NCBI GenBank assembly: GCA_964016885.1
Contig: CAXHJY010001320.1
Span: forward strand, 12,525 to 76,524
Length of the DNA: 64,000 bases
Direction: 5' to 3'
Source of the DNA: Eledone cirrhosa
Lineage: Eukaryota
The notes beneath the pieces are model-generated. The model searched no databases and was not told where the DNA came from. It saw only the letters and a list, made by a program, of their open reading frames with translations. Shown piece after piece: positions 25,639 to 39,885 of this stretch. Both the position numbers and the translations under genes were made by a program. Position 1 is the first letter of the stretch. Every line of letters starts with the position of its first letter.

Positions 25639-25843
25639 CCCTTTAGCATTTAAATCGGCTGTATCTGGCCAGAATTCGCTCACCTCTTTCTGTTCAAGCT
25701 GGTTGTAACCGGCCACTCAAATTGATGTTAAGGTATTGTTCTCAAAATAAATATCAAAATCTCATAGATTCGATATTATGTGAGGTAAAGCCTTTACCAT
25801 GAAAATACAATAATAAATATAGAGTAATGTAAATGCTAAAGGG
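25639..25843. mobile_element. piggyBac-like MITE
   Basis: It has perfect 14-bp TIRs CCCTTTAGCATTTA/TAAATGCTAAAGGG with a TTAA TSD on both sides. Confidence 0.85.
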
Positions 25844-27032
25844 TTAAATTTAAATACTTTTATCGAGGTGGTTTCATAATGGTTAGTGTTTAAAATGGTT
25901 AATTTTTGGAGGTTAATGTGGTAGTGATAGTAGTAGTAGTTGCTGTTGCTATTTTTTGTTTAGTATTAGGGCAGTTCTGATTGAACAGATAAAAAATATC
26001 AATGATGTCCAGCTGTCACCACACTTAATTTTGGGGATATATCTTGGATTACATTGTCCAGTGCTTCCTTTATTTAAGATAGTAGTGTGTGGTGTTAGGA
26101 AGATTTGGCTGCTGGTTCTAACAAACTGAGAGACCTTATAAAGGCTCTTCTGTTGGATTATCTTAGCTCTTAGTTGTTGTTTCACTGCTCAAAACCACAT
26201 TAGTAAGACATTCTTAAGTACAAATCAACACCATGACTGCAATACATTAAATTTAAAGTCTTTACTCTAATATTGCAAGTTTCACAATGATTTTCCAGTA
26301 ATAAAGATGCTATAAATATTAGAATTAACAAACCTATATTTAGATACTGGTTACTATCTTAGTAATGAAATAATTACAAATAGTTAAGTAAATGAAATAA
26401 TAAATAAGTTTAGTAAATACCTCAAAATGTTTCATTAATTAATTGAAAATAGTAGTTTTGATTAGAAATACAATAATAGAAAGGTTAAAGTTTCCTATTT
26501 AAATTAAAATCTTCCAATATAATTTATATAAGAACGATACATTAAGTTATCATCTTAGTAATGAAATAATTATTTGAGTAAATCCTTCAAAATTATCCAT
26601 TAATTAATTGAAACAGAGTATTTCATTAGAAAGGGTTAAAAGTTGATCCTTGATTAGTAGTATGTAGGACTTCATTATTCAATGTACTCTTTCAAAGCTG
26701 TAGGGTATATTTATATGCTAGTGATTAGTAGGAATTCTACTAAAGGTACCGAAAGATACCATGTGGAAATGTTAATTAGGGAAGTGTGTCAGGGGATGGT
26801 GGTGGAGATGGTGATAATTATGTTACTGATAATGTGATGTTAATGGTGGTGGGAGTGATGGCAGTGGTGGTGATGATGATGATGATGGTGTTGGTGGTAG
26901 TGGTGGTTGTTGTGGTGGCAGCAATGGTGATGAGTGAGTGGTAGTGGTGGGGATGGTGACAGTGGTAATATTGGTTGTGGTGTTGGTGATGGTGGATATT
27001 TATTAATATTTTATTCTTTCTAATTATTGCAG

Positions 27033-27176
27033 GCAGCTAACAGTTTAGTTCCATTGCTGGAATTGGCCAAGCTGACTGTTCCGATGACTGCATGGCCCTC
27101 CTGTCCAATTGCCCTGAAAGCTACAGCTGGTTTGCGTTTACTTGGCAATAAAACAGCCCAAGATATTCTTGAAGAG
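27033..27176 (+). CDS. ENTPD5: ENTPD5/6-like coding exon 3 (144 nt, ACR2)
   Basis: TTGCAG| opens AANSLVPLLELAK...PIALKATAGLRLL...ILEE, closed by |GTCAGT. Phase is 0/0. Confidence 0.92.
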
Positions 27177-27309
27177 GTCAGTGGAACTGGACATTTGTAT
27201 TTCTCTTCTCAATTCTTTGCTACGTGTTTTTTATTTTTTTATTTTGGTGGGTGGAGTTTTCTTTTTATTTGTCTCTGTCATTTGTCTGCAGCCATACTGG
27301 GGTGCCACT

Positions 27310-27561
27310 TTAACCCCTTTTGTTACTATATCTTTAATGAAAGAGACTATTTATGAGTTTCAAAAATAATCAACCCTTTGGAGATATTTAGTAAAACAAC
27401 TAAGTTTCTCCTTATTCAGCTGGTGTTCTGAATATAACTTAACAAAGGTTCTTTCATAAAGTTATACTAGGTGTTTAGATAGATATAGATATTTAAAAAC
27501 AAATAGTTTCATTTCATAAAACCAAAGGTAGTTTCAGGCAGTTTGTTATCAAAAGAGTTAA
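27310..27561. mobile_element. degenerate TTAA-flanked MITE
   Basis: TTAACCCCTTTTGTTAC and GTTATCAAAAGAGTTAA form imperfect termini. Confidence 0.45.
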
Positions 27562-27679
27562 AGTCAATCATATTGACACTAGCACTTATTTTATTGATCT
27601 CTTTTAGTTGACAGACATAAACACATATACACACACATGCACACAGGCTCAGAATGGGCATAGGCAATAAAATGACAAC

Positions 27680-28810
27680 AGATATCTCAACTTAGGTGCC
27701 ATAGAAGAACAAAAAGACTGTTTCTATGAAGAACTCTTACTGATGACCTCAACAACTGATGACAGTGACTTCATCATTCTGACTAGTGACTTCAATGGAC
27801 ATGTTGGACAACACCAGGATGGCTACTTCAGAGTACATGTTAGCTATGTAAATGGCCCAAGAAATGAAGAGGTATCAAGGCTTCTAAAATTCAGTGATGT
27901 AAATGACCAAACTGGTTGCCCAAGAAATTAGCCAGTTACTTGATTACCAACCAGTCAGGTGAACATGCAAGCCAAATTGACTTCTTGTTTGATAAGGCCA
28001 TTCCCAAAGAAGAATGTGCTCCTCTTCAAAATAAGTTACTTATGATTGACATCAGAATAAAAACTAAATAAAATCTGAAATGCAAGAAAATCTGGAGAAT
28101 GGAAGCTCAAAGACCTCTCTGATAGATATAGGTTCAGAAAAACCCTATGTGATGCATATGACATGAGGGAGGAGGAGATAGGTACACATAACATAGAGAA
28201 CAATTGGAAGTCCCTATATAACAACCTACTGCAGGATAAGTCAAGTTGGAGCAAAGCACCAGCTAGATAGAGGGTGACCTGATGATGGAACAGTACTATG
28301 GAGAGAGCTGTTAAAGCTAAGAGACAGGTGGAAAACTGAAAAAATGGGGCAGAAAAGATTAGTATTAGGTAACTAAAAGAGAAGCTAGATGGCAGGTATA
28401 CATAGCATTAAAAAAAAGTTGAAAGCAGGAGGTTTGTCAATGTCCTATGGTTTGAGGATCAGAAACGTGTGGTGTTCTGCATCATAAAGCAGTGTTAGTA
28501 AGAGTCTGGATGCTGTTGGGGAAAAGTGTTCAAAATGACACCAGTGTAGTTAGCATCACATACACTCAAAAGAAAGATGTCTGGAAAAGCTATTTGGAGA
28601 GGTTGATGAATGGACATAAGTGGGAGGAAGTGAGACTACAGTCAGATGACCCACCAGAGGGATTAACTACTGAAATTGACAGTTATAGGATCAAAGAAAG
28701 AATAAAGGGGATGAAAAAGAGTAAAGCCGCTATACCACCAGAGATAGTAGCTAAGATGCTGAAATCATCTAGGAAAGTAGGAGCCAAATTAATCACTCAC
28801 ATAATCAATT
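27680..28810 (+). mobile_element. degenerate RTE LINE (APE endonuclease/linker)
   Basis: DFNGHVG, RNEEVSRLLKF and KKDVWKSYLERLMN are homologous to the 35835 ORF. Confidence 0.8.
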
Positions 28811-29644
28811 TTTACACACAACTATGTTTAAGATTGTTTCTGAACACCAGCAACAATGGTTGCAGCAATATCAACCAAACCAACATTACTGAATTACAAC
28901 CCATGTGTTCAAGTTTGGAAACACAAAGAAAAAACAGACATAAGGAAGGTTGCATTCAGAAATTTTGTGTGTTGAAAGAAGGTTATGTGTTTTAAGGTCA
29001 GGTTGTCATCACTTTAGCGGAAATGTTAGTTGTGTGTCATGTATCATGTGTTGATGTGTGATTGAAGTGGCGAAAGCAATTTATTTATTTTCCCCCAAAG
29101 TATTAGAAAATAAGTGGGTAAGAATCAACAAGGAAACAAACTGTTATTTGCCTATTTATTTTAGCCATGAAATGCTACAAAAACATATATTATGTCAATT
29201 TACAGAGTTCACAGAAAATGGAAATGTCTTTGTGTAGTGTAAATATGTTTTGATGTAACTGAATTTGTAAAGGGAGAGAAATAGATTGAATGCTTGTCTG
29301 CAGAGAGGTTAAGAAATTAGACACCTTCTGTATGTGTTTGATTGGCCACTTTTGGTCAGCCGTAGCTAGCAGTTTTAGGTGACCATAGTGTGTTCACATT
29401 AGGCAAAAAAGGATATATGAAAGTGTGTGATGGCTTAAATACTTGTTGGTATCGTTGTAGCTATTTTTGGCGATGTCAACATAGTTATTTTAATTTGCAT
29501 TAACTGAGGGATAATTTCTGTACATATGTAATTGATAGATTTATCCCAATCCTAAAAGAGATATATGTCAGAAACTATTATATCCCTGTATCCTCTGCTC
29601 TGTATGTATGTGTGTGTGTGTGTGTGTGTGTGGGGGGGGGGGGC

Positions 29645-29930
29645 TTTGTTGGTTCTGATGAGTGTTCCAGTTGTTTGATTGTGAAATAAACTTGTAAGTG
29701 GCCGAGCATTCCACAGATACATGTCTCAATGTAATTCTCAGGTATGTTTAGCGTGACAGAATATGGAACCAAACTGTCCCTTTGAATCATAGGTACAACT
29801 TATTTTAGCCAGCTGAGTGGATTGAGGCAACATAAAATAAAGTGTCCTACACAAGAATACAATGTGCTGCCAGGAATAGAAATCATGACTCAGATTGTGA
29901 ACTGAACACCCTAACTACTAAGCCATGTGC
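29645..29930 (-). mobile_element. tRNA-headed SINE sharing its head with family 2 but with a different tail
   Basis: The minus strand starts GGCACATGGCTTAGTAGTTAG and contains GACACTTTATTT...CACTCAGCTG. The tail resembles 9640-9935. Confidence 0.6.
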
Positions 29931-30429
29931 CTTCATGTGTCCTCTGCATTATTTCGGTAGCTCAGGTGGTCAAATACTTAAATAAAATGTGATTGACTTG
30001 GATTATTGCTGATGTTATCACAGTAGTCTTATTTATTACAGGTTTTTTATTCTCTCTTCATTCTATACATAAATGCACACAATACACTCTGTAAAGTGGT
30101 AGCACTGTTGCCATGATAAAATGCATTCAGTATAATTAGTAAAGTGTTAGTTCTGGTGCCAGGATAAAATGTACCTAGTATATTCTGTAAAGTGGTTGTT
30201 ATTAGGAAGGCATTCAACTGTAGAAACAATGCCAAACATGGAATGTATGTGCAAAATGAGTTTTCTGACTTGTCTTGGCTTTGATTGTGACTATCTGTCT
30301 AACTAATGCCTACATGTAAATTGAACATAAAATGATAATAGTGGTAATGAATATATAATGTATATATGTATATATAATGTATATATGTATAATGTAGTAT
30401 AATGTGTTTCTATATCAATGTTTTGCCAG

Positions 30430-30505
30430 GTAAAGCAGTTGTTTAATAGCTATCCTTTCAAAATGTCTGAAAATAATATCGAAATAATGAGTGGCAGTGA
30501 TGAAG
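30430..30505 (+). CDS. ENTPD5: ENTPD5/6-like coding exon 4 (76 nt, start of ACR3)
   Basis: TTGCCAG| opens VKQLFNSYPFKMSENNIEIMSGSDEG, ending G|GTTAGT. It includes the ACR3 catalytic Glu. Confidence 0.9.
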
Positions 30506-31732
30506 GTTAGTGTATGTGTATATATATATGTATGTATTTATCATATATTGTATGTAAACATCATGTGATTAGAAGCTGGTGGTGGAATTTGAAAATTGAA
30601 TTAGTAACTTTGCCGTATTTTTTTTACTATAGAAAATAGTCTAATAACAAAAGCATATAAGCCCCTAGAATGGGAAAAAATGGGCATCAGTGTGTGTGAG
30701 AATCAAACCACCACTTGTTATTATTAGACTATTTTCTGTAGTAAAAAAATTCTGCGAAGATTGCAATTTAATTCAGTTTTTATATATTATATATTTACCA
30801 TATTTCATTTTATATACATGATCACTGTTTTTTTCAAGCTGAAAAAAGAAAAATGGGAAAAAATTACATCCTTGAGTACAGCCAAATCAATGTAAATTTA
30901 TTAATAAATTTATGCTATGTTATCCATCAAAATCTTAATCTCACCCATATATTTCACTGACTTAGTTTCTCATGGCATCAAAAAAATGTAAAGCAATTGG
31001 ATGTTTAGCATTTTATAAACAAATGTTAATAAAAACATATTTGCAATCTTGCCATTTGAAATGAATATTTTAAGTTCAGTAAAATGTTGTGTATAATATG
31101 ACCCCATTTTTTGCCCTCAGTTCAAAAATTCTCCTATTCTACACAAGGAAATATGGTATGTATGTATGTATATGTATCATCGTCATTTAATGTCTGCTTT
31201 CCCTGCAGTACGGAAGTTGGGCTACTGACTTCCCAGACAGACTGAGGGGTCTGTATTCTGTCTATGCATGCTCATATCGAGGGCAGAGATGTACCTTTTG
31301 ACACAAACGGAAGGGTCTTCCTAACCCTTGTTTGGCAAGCTTTCTATGGCTGGATGTTCTTCATAAAAAAACCACTTTACAGTGTGTACTGGGTGCTTTT
31401 TTTATGTAGATCACCAGCACTAGAGAGGTTGTTATGACCTTGACACAACTAAAGGGTCCTTGCAACTCTTTTAGGAATGGTTTCTACAATGGGGTACCCA
31501 TCCTATCACCAACCACCCATACGGAGTGTATCAGGTACATTTTCGTGGCACCATCACTAGAGAGGTCATAAACCCAACTCTAGAGCTCTCTCAGCTCTGG
31601 GGAAGGGGGCAATAGGGGAGGTATGAAATTATAGGTGTTTATGGGGATTTGGCAGGGCATGAGAAAGGATAGGGGTGGCTGATTAGTGTATGAGGATGTA
31701 GAGGTGTGAGGTATGTGGACAATATGTTTGTA

Positions 31733-31771
<39 letters not shown>

Positions 31772-31806
31772 TTATATGTATGTATGTGTATGTGTGTGTA
31801 TGTATA

Positions 31807-33093
31807 CAGGGTGCGAACGATATTTGTTCGCAGGATTACTGTCTATGAAAAAATAACACAGTAGTTTTATTTATTAAGATTTATTTATCAAACTTGGGTC
31901 AGTTTGTCTTCATGATTTGTTCTTTCGATCTCACTCGATAAACCCACCATTGGCTTTGATGACGGCATCAAGGCGGCTTCGGAACCGGCTACAGGCCTTC
32001 ATCACTATCCCCCGACTTAGGCCCCTAAAGGCACTTGTGATCCTGGCCTTCAGATCGTCTTTCGTATTGCAGCTAGATCTGTTGGTGTCTTGTTCCACTG
32101 CGCTCCACACAAAGAAGTCGAGGGGGTTGCAGTCAGGCGAGCTGGGAGGCCAGATGTCAGGTGAAGTGTAGTCGACAAAGTTCTCTGACAGCCAGGCTTG
32201 GGTCTTTCGGCTGGTATGTCGGCTGGTATGGCAGGGCGCTGAGTCTTGCTGCCACACATACGGCCTATCTGCAGCTACCTGGTCGATCCAGGGCTTTACT
32301 ACCTCGCTCAGAATGCGGATGTAGCCATCGGTGTTCAGCTTGAGGCCCTCAAGGAAGAAGTGAGGTGGCATGACGTCACCTTGACTGCTGACAACACCTA
32401 AGATCAATGTTGTCGTTGGAAACTTGGTCTGCATGACTCTGGGCACGTCTTTGGATGAGACAGCGAGCCACCTGTTGTTCTGGGAATTGATCTTCTGGTC
32501 TTGGCAGAAGTTTTTCTCATCGGAGAAAAACCACAGCATGTCTGGCTCCAGTGGGTGTTTCAACTTGTTGATCAGCTTCTTTGCGTGCTTCAGTCGCTTT
32601 TCTTACATCGCCTTTGACAGAAATTGTCCTTTCCTCATCTTGTATGAAATGTAGCAAATGTCTTCATGTACCACCAGCCTAATGAGCTTTTCATCCACGC
32701 CTTTCTCCCTTGCAATGGCACGCATCGACTTGCTAGTTTCATTGTTGATGATATCCTGAACTTCAGCGACGAACTCGGGCGTTTTGAAGGCGTCAGATCA
32801 TCGATCATGTGTTTTCATCCCTGATGTTGCTTCATAGTCGAATCCTGAATCTTCCAATTCCTTTCTGACTTTTCCACCATTTTCCTGCTGATGCTGAGAA
32901 AGTCTGGAATTTCCTTATTTGTCCTCCCGGCGCAGATTCTAAGAAGAATTCCGTGTCTCTTCCACAAAATTGGACGTTCAAAATTATTCATAATCAATTA
33001 TTCTGAAAATAAATAATGGAAATATAGTCACTGTTTTTATGAAGACATAAAATTAGCAGTTGAAAATTGCGAACAAATATCGTCCGCACCCTA
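31807..33093 (-). mobile_element. Tc1/mariner DNA transposon, DD37D (maT)-type, defective
   Basis: It has 26-bp TIRs CAGGGTGCGAACGATATTTGTTCGCA (2 mismatches) and a TA TSD. The transposase shows WFFSDEKNF, WQQDSAPCH and WPPSSPDCNPLDFFVW. The N-terminal part is broken by stops and frameshifts. Confidence 0.95.
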
Positions 33094-33103
33094 TATATGT
33101 ATA

Positions 33104-33159
<56 letters not shown>

Positions 33160-33181
33160 TGTATATATATATATATGTATG

Positions 33182-33217
<36 letters not shown>

Positions 33218-33230
33218 TGTATATATATGT

Positions 33231-33897
33231 ATCATCATCAACGTTTAACGTCCGTGTTCCACGCTTGCATGGGTTTGGACGGGGGTATTCCCACTTGAGG
33301 CAAGAGTGATTGTCTTGCTCGCAGAGGACTGTCTGGCAGGTTTTCTACAGTTGGATGCCCTTCCTAACACCAACCACATTTACAGTGGGTCTGGGAGGTT
33401 TTTACCGTGTTGCCTACACGGCCACATTACAGCGTGGACTGTGTGTTTTTTTGTCGTGACACCTACACGATCTCATTTGTTTCGGCCTGGATGGTGTGGC
33501 ACCAACATAACTTTACATAGGAGGCGGTGGTGTGGATGGGGTGGGGGTGGTGGGACGGGGGTGTATTTTGTTAGAGATGCCTACTGGCTGTAGTAGGTTT
33601 TACTATGTATTTAGGCAAGGCGGGTCTTCTCTATTACTGAGTACCGCCAAAGGTCTTGGTCCAGTGACATAGTCTTGGAGAGGTGTAAGTGTGTGAGGTC
33701 GGAGTTTATCAGCCCGTCCCAGGATTTTCTAGGTCTGCCTATTCCGTGGCTACCGTCTATCTTTATTGCCCTGCACTTTGTTATACAGCTATCGACTTTC
33801 ATACGCATCACGTGTCCGTACCAACGTAGCCTTCTCTCGAGTAAACAACATCTGATCCCTCTTATTTCTAATTTTTTCCTTAGTTCGTTTATGCTTT
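33231..33897 (-). mobile_element. RTE-B LINE, 5'-truncated 3' end
   Basis: It encodes [21 protein letters not shown]...GRPRKSW and has a (GAT)n tail. Both flanks are TA arrays. Confidence 0.92.
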
Positions 33898-33980
33898 ATA
33901 TATGTATATATATATGTATATATATATGTATATATGTATATATATGTATATATGTATATATATGTATATATGTATATATA

Positions 33981-34013
<33 letters not shown>

Positions 34014-34158
34014 ATGTATATATATGTATATGTATATATATGTATATATATGTATATATATGTATATATATGTATATATATATGTATATATATGTATATA
34101 TATGTATATATATGTATATATATATATATGTGTATATATATATATATGTATATATATG

Positions 34159-34200
<42 letters not shown>

Positions 34201-34318
34201 TGTATATATATGTATATATATATATGTATATATATGTATATATATGTATATATATGTATATATATGTATATATATGTATATATATGTATATATATGTATA
34301 TATATATGTATATATATG

Positions 34319-34349
<31 letters not shown>

Positions 34350-34384
34350 GTATATATATGTATATATATATATGTATATATATG

Positions 34385-34415
<31 letters not shown>

Positions 34416-34426
34416 GTATATATATG

Positions 34427-34471
<45 letters not shown>

Positions 34472-34482
34472 GTATATATATG

Positions 34483-34561
<79 letters not shown>

Positions 34562-34633
34562 GTATATATATGTATATATATGTATATATATGTATATATA
34601 TGTATGTATATGTATATATATGTATATATATAT
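33898..34633. repeat. (TA)n/TATG compound microsatellite
   Basis: Direct reading of the sequence. Confidence 0.98.
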
Positions 34634-34649
34634 AGTTTTAATATAGAAG

Positions 34650-34700
34650 AGATTCTACAGGACTAGAACTGTTTCATTCATTAGAAATCATCAGGAATCT
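34650..34700 (-). ncRNA. type I hammerhead ribozyme at the 3' end of PLE-2
   Basis: Exact reverse complement of 44483-44533. Confidence 0.85.
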
Positions 34701-35415
34701 GGGTATCAAAAAATAAATATGGTATTTATAGGTCTCTACAAGTGGTAGGAGAGGGTGGGGAGTGGGATGGGTGCAGGTCATTGGTTGATAGAAAAGGGAA
34801 TTCATTAAAAGCTAATTCTACAAAGCTATAGTTTATTTTTATTTATATTTATTTATGTTTTTAGAGTAACAAAGGCAGACAGAATTCTATAAGCAGGTTC
34901 CGGATGGCATACCATTCCTTGTCAATAAGTTTCTCTTAAGCTAACAGGTGTCTATAAAATCAGTGGGGGGTCAGTCGTGGTCGATAGAATTAAAGAAAAG
35001 GGAGATTCTTTAAAAGCTAAAGTCATTAAGGTTCTACTAAGTGACAAAGGTCTAGAGAATTCTGCAGACAGATTCAAAATACTGAGTGCATATCTTACTA
35101 TTATCTTCGAACTTCTCTTAAACTAATCAACTATATGCCAAAAATCAACAGACACATTCACAAAAAAACAAAAAAACAAAAAAACAAAAAAACACATACT
35201 CACTCACACACTTACGCGCAACCATAAACACACACACAAACACATATACACACATAAGAACACACACACATATATAAAAATATATAAATATATATAAATA
35301 AATATATATTCATGTACACACACATACATACACACATACATACACACATACATACATACATACATATATAATATAATACATATACATATATATATATATA
35401 TATACACACACACAT

Positions 35416-35452
<37 letters not shown>

Positions 35453-35607
35453 CACACAGATACACACACACATACACATACATACACACACACACACACA
35501 CATATACACAAATAAATACACTCACACGCATACATACAAACATGAGTATACATATGTATAAATATCTATACACACACACATATACACACATATATATATA
35601 CACATAT

Positions 35608-35660
<53 letters not shown>

Positions 35661-35772
35661 TATATATATCCATACATATACAAACATACACATACATACA
35701 CAGACCTATACATAAATATACACATATATATACAGACATATAACGCATATATACACACACATATACATATAC

Positions 35773-35825
<53 letters not shown>

Positions 35826-35828
<3 letters not shown>

Positions 35829-38800
35829 GATGGGATGGGTGGTGTAGGTATACTATTAGCTGACAAGTGGGTAGATAAAGTAATCTCAGTGTACAGGGTA
35901 AATGCAAGAATCATTAAACTTAGACTAGTCCTGAATAAGACAATTACCACAATAATATCAGCTTACGCACCCCAATCGGGGCTGCCAGACGAACTTAAGG
36001 ATAGGTTTTACGAGTCCCTAATACACACTACTGCTCTAACAGACGACAAGGACTTCCTAATCATTGCAGGAGATTTTAACGGACACGTAGGTAAACACTG
36101 CGACGGCTTCAATAGAGTACATGGAGGCCATGGAGTTGGCACAAGGAATGAGGAAGGATTCAGACTTCTAGAATTCTGCGACGCCAATGACATGTCGATA
36201 TGTAACACAAACTTTAAAAAACCCGACAACCACCTGATCACCTATAGATCAGGGGAGCACTCTAGTCAGTTAGATTTTATCCTCATCAGAGGACGTGACA
36301 GATGGACGGTCGTAAACACAAAAGCCTTCCCTAGTGAGGAATGTACATCCCAACATAGCTTAGTTGTCAGCGACCTCACGGTCAGAACTAGACGAGCCCT
36401 GAAACAGAGGCCAACCTGGAGAAGAAAGATCTGGAAGCTGAAAGTCCCCTCAACCAGTAACAGATTTAAAGATATTTTACTCAACGCCTACGACAGTAAA
36501 GAAGAACAGATAGAGACATTTAACGTAGAAGAGAACTGGGAGTTCCTAAAAAATAACTTACTAGAGGCGACGGATGAGGTTTGTGGCTGGAGTAAGACCT
36601 CAAGCAGGAGGAGAGTGACTTGGTGGTGGAACAATAAGGTAGATGAAGCAGTCAAGGCCAAGAGACAGGCATGGAAAGAATGGAAGAACGGGGGGAGCAG
36701 GGTACATTACATAGAGACCAAGAGGGAAGCTAGGCGACAAGTATACTTAGCTAGGAGGGAAGCAGAGGATAGAAAATTCAAGCATGTTTTACAACGTGAG
36801 GACCAGAAACAGGAGGTATTCAAGATTGCGAGGCAGTGTGTCAGAGATAGTTGTGATGTCATTGGAGAGAAGTGTATCCGGAATGATAAAGGTGAGCTTG
36901 CCCTCACAAGTGCTGAGAAGAAAGATGCATGGAAGAGTCATTATGATAGATTACTAAATGAGGAGAATGCATGGGAAGAAGAGACCCTACCCCACGTAGA
37001 CCCTATAGAGGGACCAGCAGTACAAGTCAGCGGCAGCGTAGTAAGTAAGGCAATCAGAGATATGAAGATAGGGAAGGCAACCGGTCCATCGGGTATAGCT
37101 GCCGAGATGCTGAAGGCATCTGGGTCTGTAGGTCACACTATAACCACACGTATCGTTAACCAGGTAATACTAGAGGGGGCCATACCAAAAGATTGGTGCA
37201 GTAGCATCATTGTCAACTGCTACAAAGGTAAAGGCGATGCACTAGATAGAGGAAACTATAGAGGTATAAAGTTGATGGACCAGGTCATGAAAGTAACAGA
37301 AAGAGTTATAGCACAGCTGATTAGGGACCGGGTGAATATAGACGAGATGCAATTTGGGTTTGTACCAGGGAAAGGCACCACTGATGCCCTCTTCCTTGTG
37401 AGGCAATTACAGGAAAAGTACCTAGCTAAAAGTAAGCCACTCTACTTGGCATTTGTCGACCTTGAGAAAGCCTTTGACAGAGTTCCACGTGCAGTAATCT
37501 GGTGGGCTCTTAGAAAACTAGGAGTAGATGAATGGCTTGTGAAAGCGGTACAAGCCATGTATAGGGGAGCAGTCAGCAAAGTTAGGATTGGCAATGAGTA
37601 TAGCGAGGAATTTAGCGTACAGGTTGGGGTCCACCAGGGCTCTGTTCTTAGCCCTCTCCTGTTCATCATAGTCCTGCAGGCAATAACGGAGGAGTTTAAG
37701 ACCGGATGCCCATGGGAACTCCTGTATGCTGATGACCTCGCACTCATAGCTGAATCTATGGTAGAACTAGAGAATAAATTCCAAACCTGGAAGCAGGGAC
37801 TAGAGAGAAAGGGCCTCAAAGTCAACATGACAAAGACTAAGGTCCTTGTAAGTAGACGAGAAAACAGAACGCAGATCCCCTCAGGGAAATGGCCTTGCTC
37901 AGTATGTAGGAAAGGTGTAGGTAGAAACTCCATTCTCTGCCCCAAATGCAAACAATGGGTACACAAGAGATGTAGCGGGATCTCAGGAAGCTTAATTAAG
38001 AATGTAGGATTCACATGCAGCAGCTGTGCTGAAACAGCAAGCAAACAGCCACAGGAAACAAGTACCACCAATCTCTGGGAGGGCCCTGTAGAAACAGTAG
38101 ACAGCTTCTGCTACCTAGGTGACCGAATTAGCAACGGAGGTGGGTGCTCAGAAAGTACAATAACTAGGGTAAGAACGGGATGGAAGAAGTTTAGGGAACT
38201 ACTACCACTGCTAGCTGCAAAAGGCTTCTCCCTCAGAATGAAAGGCAGACTGTATGATGCGTGTATCCGAACAGCGATGTTGCATGGTAGTGAGACCTGG
38301 GCGCTGAAGGTGGAAGACTTACGTAGATTAGAGAGAAACGAAGCCTGCATGCTCCGATGGATGTGTAACAGTAATATACGTGAACGACAAAGCATAAAGG
38401 AATTGAGAGAGAGACTGAGCATAAGAGGAATCAAATGCTGCGTGCAGGAGAGGCGGTTACGCTGGTATGGACATGTGATGCGTATGAAGGATGACAGCTG
38501 CATAAAAAGGTGCAGAGCACTAGAAGTTGATGGAAACCGCGGAGTGGGGAGACCCAAGATGACTTGGGATGAGGTGATAAAAGCCGACCTTACCCAACTA
38601 CACCTCTCAAAGTCAATGACACACGACCGTGACTTCTGGCGTCACGCAGTAATACAGGGTACCCGACCTCCCATGGGTACATGCTGAAGCATATAAACAA
38701 TATGCCCCCCCCCCCCCCTCCACCGCAAGGTGGCCGTGGAGGTGCCACGGCAAAAAAGCACCCAGCCCACACTGTAAAGTGGACGTGTAGGCGCCACGAA

Positions 38801-38995
38801 AAAGCACCCAGCACTCACTGTAAATGAGGTTGGTGTTAGGAAGGGCATCCAGCTGTAGAAATCAAGCCAGATCAGTTCCTGTATGAGCAAGGCATGGTCA
38901 GCCGACCAGACACTGCCCACAACAGGACAACCCGTCTAACCCATGCTAGCGTGGAAGAACGGACGTAAAACGGTGATGATGATGATGATGATGAT
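35826..38995 (+). mobile_element. young RTE-A LINE, slightly 5'-truncated
   Basis: It has an uninterrupted ORF, a 3' UTR and a (GAT)n tail, and is inserted in a (TA)n run of the PLE-2 UTR. Confidence 0.95.
35835..38687 (+). CDS. RTE ORF: APE endonuclease (N-truncated) + RT + PHD finger, 950 aa
   Basis: Motifs are [51 protein letters not shown], a C4HC3 finger, FCYLG and RLRWYGHV. Confidence 0.93.
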   Translation: MGGVGILLADKWVDKVISVYRVNARIIKLRLVLNKTITTIISAYAPQSGLPDELKDRFYESLIHTTALTDDKDFLIIAGDFNGHVGKHCDGFNRVHGGHGVGTRNEEGFRLLEFCDANDMSICNTNFKKPDNHLITYRSGEHSSQLDFILIRGRDRWTVVNTKAFPSEECTSQHSLVVSDLTVRTRRALKQRPTWRRKIWKLKVPSTSNRFKDILLNAYDSKEEQIETFNVEENWEFLKNNLLEATDEVCGWSKTSSRRRVTWWWNNKVDEAVKAKRQAWKEWKNGGSRVHYIETKREARRQVYLARREAEDRKFKHVLQREDQKQEVFKIARQCVRDSCDVIGEKCIRNDKGELALTSAEKKDAWKSHYDRLLNEENAWEEETLPHVDPIEGPAVQVSGSVVSKAIRDMKIGKATGPSGIAAEMLKASGSVGHTITTRIVNQVILEGAIPKDWCSSIIVNCYKGKGDALDRGNYRGIKLMDQVMKVTERVIAQLIRDRVNIDEMQFGFVPGKGTTDALFLVRQLQEKYLAKSKPLYLAFVDLEKAFDRVPRAVIWWALRKLGVDEWLVKAVQAMYRGAVSKVRIGNEYSEEFSVQVGVHQGSVLSPLLFIIVLQAITEEFKTGCPWELLYADDLALIAESMVELENKFQTWKQGLERKGLKVNMTKTKVLVSRRENRTQIPSGKWPCSVCRKGVGRNSILCPKCKQWVHKRCSGISGSLIKNVGFTCSSCAETASKQPQETSTTNLWEGPVETVDSFCYLGDRISNGGGCSESTITRVRTGWKKFRELLPLLAAKGFSLRMKGRLYDACIRTAMLHGSETWALKVEDLRRLERNEACMLRWMCNSNIRERQSIKELRERLSIRGIKCCVQERRLRWYGHVMRMKDDSCIKRCRALEVDGNRGVGRPKMTWDEVIKADLTQLHLSKSMTHDRDFWRHAVIQGTRPPMGTC

Positions 38996-39150
38996 ATATA
39001 CACATATACACACATATATATACACACACGCGCATACACACATACACACACCCACACACAAAATATATATACACACTCTCTCACGCACATATATATATAT
39101 ATACACATATATATATATATATACATACACACATATATATACATATATAT

Positions 39151-39219
<69 letters not shown>

Positions 39220-39318
39220 TATATATATATACACACACATACACACATATATACATACATACACACATACACACACATACACAGACACATACATATACAC
39301 ATATATATACACACATAT

Positions 39319-39408
<90 letters not shown>

Positions 39409-39462
39409 ACATATACACACACATATACACATACACATACATATATATATATATATATATTA

Positions 39463-39502
<40 letters not shown>

Positions 39503-39598
39503 ACACACATATACATACATATACACACACACACATACGCACATGTACATATATACACACATATACATATATACACACATATACATATATACATACAA

Positions 39599-39667
<69 letters not shown>

Positions 39668-39885
39668 TACACATATACACATATACAAACAAATATATAC
39701 ACATACAAGTAAATAGGTACTCAATAAATATACGCATATACGCAGGCACATAAAGACACCTCTACAGGCAGATAATGTAGATACGAAAGAGGTACTCACG
39801 TAACCATAGTGGCCGTATTTCAGGTTGAGGAGGGGTGGGGGTAGGGTGGGGAGGAGGTATAGGGGCCAATAGGGGGAGGTCGTTT

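Noticed and set aside
26790-27000. GGT/GAT-rich tract as a coding exon
   Set aside because: It is a degenerate trinucleotide microsatellite in intron 2, and exons 2 and 3 already join in phase.
37442-38557. Antisense ORFs over RTE and PLE coding regions (e.g. 209 aa, 148 aa, 40841-42037)
   Set aside because: They are shadow frames of the transposon ORFs with no independent motifs.
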